Of a DNA stretch of 64,000 nucleotides, positions 61,101 through 64,000 are shown piece by piece. The DNA comes from Dicyema japonicum (Eukaryota; Animalia; Dicyemida). Made by a program: the position numbers and the translations under genes. Location of the stretch: the NCBI GenBank assembly GCA_011109175.1, contig RDEW01000033.1, positions 434,001-498,000 on the forward strand, given 5' to 3'. Position 1 is the stretch's first letter. Each line of letters begins with the position of its first letter. The notes beneath the pieces were generated by a model. The model had not been told where the DNA came from. It ran no database searches and was given only the letters and a program-made list of their open reading frames with translations.

Positions 61101-61193
61101 CCCCTGGCATTGAAGGTAAGGGTAGAAAACCAGAGAGGATTATTCAAATACGTATTAGACATATGTGCTATAGAGGGACGTCACCACCTCAAC
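58145..61193 (-). mobile_element. Full-length, near-intact RTE-clade retrotransposon (3.05 kb)
   Basis: 31-nt 5' leader, single APE+RT ORF and (TAA)n tail at 58145-58161; no TSD identified. Confidence 0.97.
58292..61162 (-). CDS. RTE ORF: APE endonuclease plus reverse transcriptase (956 aa; true stop probably 58194 after a 1-nt correction)
   Basis: FNARGLN, LQETK, GDWNAK, QIDYIL and SDHK (APE); SPGPDNIP, QSGFR, GTPQGDSLSP and YADD (RT) all intact. Confidence 0.97.
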   Translation of the reverse strand: MSNTYLNNPLWFSTLTFNARGLNDWSKRHQLCLDLAKYGCSVCCLQETKLRKGLDENLGDYRLILLPSYCKHYGQGFAVHKNLLPRLHRYWKIDDRICVIQFLIGPKGKSRQLISIVNVYAPHSGRVSKNPEELDVFYEELVEVVSSLKFSSFLFIAGDWNAKAGVHQGHERFIGPHGRGIRNYSGTALAYFCESFDLFLCNTQFQHSARHKTTWMGTRLSTTGNLIRIYNQIDYILCRVKDKSLLRDSRSYGGLTVNSDHKIVSARFSLRLGPTAEEFLYGITNRRCFFQTHRGGDSTRSRRYMTELLGSSPKVQADYKECVSDSINNTASDLSPGKAWLETMRGIISAADKHLGELKPHSSQRHPEVSALLNLQKNLRLRSENTVDPQTVCKLKQERRQIERKIKLLNRLHHTSQLESKIREVENLKDNAATFMAIRLIRRKSQSVKLILHDRNGKTIGNVAEQTEFIASHIEQLFFVKGEKSDFTPKNTTLERIISPEEVCMAIRKLKSGRSPGPDNIPSELLKFGPPELADKLSKLLNDMIENKDFSEIGKGILVPVQKGNKPPGPVENLRPVILLNTLRKILALITLNRIQEPVDGYLAQSQSGFRTGRSTADVVWCHRWQCAIQQRFRSSKTILGIDLTRAFDTVRRGKLIEVLESFLDKDSVILIRILLSNTRLRVRIGKCLSREIISTVGTPQGDSLSPVLFAIYLESALQDLRKYYNNDIMEIVYADDVDFISTDKEALLRLLEVASGCLAKWCLSLNVQKTDIVEIKRMELRNSECWRKTVKLGSLLGDSEDIARRKLLSTVTMQKLMKCWIRKCSVGPSLRLRLYEAFVRPILTYNSGTWGISKTDEQNLDSFHRRQLRSLLGLKWPMRVGSENLYRRCGSGPLSTMIMKARWRLFGHILRLEQDTPANVVMEEYFDTSGEKFRGRPRITLPEVLNGDLRSVTRH

Positions 61194-61339
61194 CAAAGGT
61201 TGTGACGTATTCATAGAGCCTTAAATTTTGTTGTCCCTAAAAAGTCGTATGGGTACAAAGTCGTGAATTCTTTCGATCCAGTTTAGATTTTTGGGAGTTT
61301 ATCTGGAGTGTAATTTGGATGTCAGTTAAGGTCCTTTAA

Positions 61340-61480
61340 GTATGCACGTGTATGATGGATTTAAGTGGTGGAAATGGTAAGTGGTTAAGATAAAATAATG
61401 AAGTCCCTGCTAGATCGTACTGGGATCACGTGATTAGTTAGTTTGTGTAACCATGGTCTCTGGTGTTATTATTATATTGG
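61340..61480 (+). mobile_element. Jockey/I-like LINE 3' tip
   Basis: MKSLLDRTGIT* plus GATTAGTTAGTTTGTGTAACC.TGGTCTCTGGTG(TTA)n, near-identical to 28232-28293. Confidence 0.8.
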
Positions 61481-62402
61481 TTCCGCATTTTTATATCGTG
61501 GTTGTCACGTGATTAATTCTACTAATACAGATATGAAAATCCACCAATTAATTAATAACAAAAAATAGCATGTATACATTTGACAGATAGTAAATATCCA
61601 GGAATTAGCCGTCGTCTACTGTGGCTACTAAACTCACATGGTCCCTTAAATTTACCAGCAATGAATTTACAGGTTACCGGTGTTTCAGAAGTCTTCTCAG
61701 TCGAATATCTGATCATTTAACCTCTCAGCGAACTGATCAATATTTCTGCAAGCGTATGAACTGACCCAGTTTACTGAACACAAACGATTGATCCTAACGA
61801 GAAGGAAATGGAAGTAGTAAACTTACAGCCATATCATCATTTAGATCAATATTTATGAAAGTGGTAAACTAACAGCCAAATCATCCAGAAGATCAATTAG
61901 CAATCAAGAAAGTAAATTACATTAAATATGCAAAAATTTAAAATATGCGAGCTTTGGAAATATAAATTAAAAAACAGCGTATTTACTTTATTACTTCGGA
62001 GTCTATTGACAGAGCTGAAATGGATTTGATGAGGAGATCTTATTTAAATTGTTGTCCCCAGTCCAGGCGCCAGAAGGAGGCCACGGATGGTTCATCTTGT
62101 TTGTATGATCCTAACGAGAAGGGAATAATCCTGAGTAGTAAACCGAAATATGAGAGCAGACAATCACGATCAACCATCCGTGGCCCACTTCTGGCGCCTG
62201 GACTGGATACAACATTTTAATTAGGTCTTCTCATCAAATCCATAATTAAGGAACTCAATTATTATTATTTTCCATACCACCCATTAGAGGCTACCATTAA
62301 TCCAGCTGTATTATTTCTTGCTGTGAACATAATTGGTAGACCAATTTGGTTTACTTTAGCCTTACGTTCAACTATTCTTTTTAAATAAGCACACCAAAGG
62401 TT

Positions 62403-63266
62403 TTGCTGAAAAGTTCGGGGTTGGTTTTGTCTATTTCCCTCATTACAACATATTTCGTAGGAAAAATTGAACTGTATTTTCTGACACAATCGATATTTCA
62501 AGGTACTTGTTTAATTCACATTAGGAAATGGCTTTGGGATAACTTTTGTTTCTTCCAGCGCTCAACTCTGTGTTTATTTAATTCAGATCCGACATATTGA
62601 CACCGCTGTTATTTCTGTTGCACGAGGAATCGGTGTAATGCAATCCCAGTCATAATCAATGAGCTATTCTACCATTTTACATTCAATGTGAGTATCACAA
62701 TCTTCGGATCTTTCACTTTTATCATCTCATTACTTGGATTTTTGTTTAGTCCCCGCAGACTATTGCACAAAGACAGATCTGCTGTCAAAGAATACGTCTC
62801 TAAAATGGCGAAAGAATACTGCCAAGACCACCAAAATGAAGAACAGAGAGGATAAGAAAATGCCAAGTTTAAAAATATTTTTTGGAATTTCATCAGAAAT
62901 GTATTAAAGAATAACACAAAGATTCACTTCCACCTGAAGGAACCGCTTGAAGGTGATGTTCATAAAAATATGGATATCAATGAAATGTGGACGAATTTGT
63001 TTGTAAAATTACACGAAAATAATAAATCTGACCAATCCATAGTTAATCGAATAAATATGTTTTTGGAGATTAGCCGTGATATTATTGCCAAGAGAGCATC
63101 AGTAGATATTGGACAATGTTCTTGCTTTTTAAAATGCCAAAAATTCAAAAATCATACAAAAAGAAAAAAATTGTCCATAAAGATTAATAACAAAACAACC
63201 GATAAATCGAATAAAATAAATATTTTCTTGTTCGTTTTATCTTCTTTTTTTTTTTTTTTTTGGTAA
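62403..63266 (+). CDS. Possible orphan single-pass membrane protein or pseudogene with a Cys-rich CC-X4-CN motif
   Basis: One frame over 864 nt with only two stops (TGA 62598, TAA near 62860); hydrophobic N-terminus, CYFCCTRNRCN, then a hydrophobic stretch. Confidence 0.3.
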
Positions 63267-64000
63267 TCAGTTAATTTATCCCCAGTAAAGCATATTTAAG
63301 ACTGCCATCCATCCAAAGTGGACCCCGCCGACATTATCGACGTTGCGTTGCCTCTCACGATTGCAACAGAGATCAACTGGAGTAGCCACCGGGTCTCACG
63401 TGCGTCGTGGCTTTTTAGTGTAGCTAAGCGTCCAAGTTTCTTTAGGAAGCGAAGCGATTTTCCACTTATTCCTCCAGTTGTCTCGACCACTATCGGATAA
63501 AACGCGAATCGGTCGCGTAGCGCTTCGTACTTCTCCTTTGCCATCATCGTTTTTTCCGCGGAATACAGTGTGTCTACCGCGCTCCCGACAATGTTGGACG
63601 GGCAAAGCGTGTCGACACAAGTAGCGTCCCAGACCAAAGGTTTCCCCTCTTCGAATGGGAAAATTGTGATCCCGTCGGGACGTTTTCCGTCTCCTCTGTC
63701 CAGACCAACAGGTTCTAGTATGGCTGGGTATCCCGCAGACTCCAGGGCTCGCTTGACAATTCCGTTGATCGCCTTGTGTCTTGGGAATCGTCCTGCACTC
63801 CTTCGACAAGAGAGGGCATGGAGTCCATAACAATCGACGGTTGCGCCACATCGGCATTTGTGGGTCCGGCAAATCTCCAGTCCAAGTCTGGTGGAGATGC
63901 CGATGCGGACAGTATCGTCGTCAAGATGGGTCCCGACACTGCCAACTGGGAGTGCATTGATCCATGCGCCACTCGATTCGCATCTTCCAGTGACTAGACA
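63245..64000 (-). mobile_element. CRE-clade non-LTR retrotransposon, intact 3' portion running off the window end
   Basis: Open frame WINALP...CRCG...HALSC...RH...RPDG...WDATCVDT...VETTG...ISVAIVRGNA* and a poly(A) tail at 63245-63261; markedly more GC-rich than its flanks. Confidence 0.92.

Noticed and set aside
61179-61193. GTTGAGGTGGTGACG as a trans-spliced leader or SL RNA
   Set aside because: Found only at RTE 5' ends, with no adjacent splice donor or Sm site and no resemblance to spliced leaders I know.
63570-63997. Alternative-frame and antisense ORFs over the CRE element, and similar ORFs over the RTE and VPS53
   Set aside because: Shadow ORFs expected from GC-richer coding sequence; they have no motifs of their own.
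1-64000. CRISPR arrays, rRNA, snRNA, telomeric arrays, LTR or Penelope elements, or a prokaryotic/microsporidian origin for the contig
   Set aside because: No regularly spaced repeats or diagnostic motifs were seen by eye; spliceosomal introns, a nuclear receptor and a complex I subunit indicate an animal nuclear genome.

Overview
This is AT-rich eukaryotic nuclear DNA in the standard genetic code, almost certainly from an animal, since it carries a C4 zinc-finger nuclear receptor and striatin. About a dozen host genes are scattered through transposon debris that makes up well over half the window. The host genes I can reconstruct by hand are a BLM-like RecQ helicase, NDUFS5, RPS8/eS8, VPS53, SLC25A46, a ROR-like nuclear receptor, striatin, a TMX3/PDI-like protein, an SMC3 pseudogene fragment and several orphans. 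Nearly all are split by spliceosomal micro-introns of only 20-26 nt, so the ORF track misses or fragments them. That intron size in a metazoan points to a dicyemid-like reduced parasite; this is an inference, and orthonectid or myxozoan origin is not excluded. Mobile elements include RTE, Jockey/I-like, CRE and R4/NeSL-type (RLE) non-LTR retrotransposons, a tRNA-derived SINE, a SINE-like element, hAT (Buster and SPIN-like), pogo/Tigger, MITEs and a Helitron PIF1 remnant. I saw no CRISPR array, rRNA, intact tRNA or LTR element. Best leads: (1) the micro-intron system, where 3n-length introns almost always carry in-frame stops; (2) a repeated ~260-bp element whose head folds into an HDV-ribozyme-like nested pseudoknot with a non-canonical core; (3) a covarying 5' hairpin shared by three RTE copies; (4) a nuclear receptor that appears to lack its ligand-binding domain and has an atypical P-box; (5) an RLE retrotransposon family resembling microsporidian elements; (6) several decayed, intron-retaining copies of normally essential genes. 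Many single-base indels fall in homopolymer runs, so assembly error must be excluded before any frameshift is interpreted. All alignments are by eye and from memory; no searches were run.
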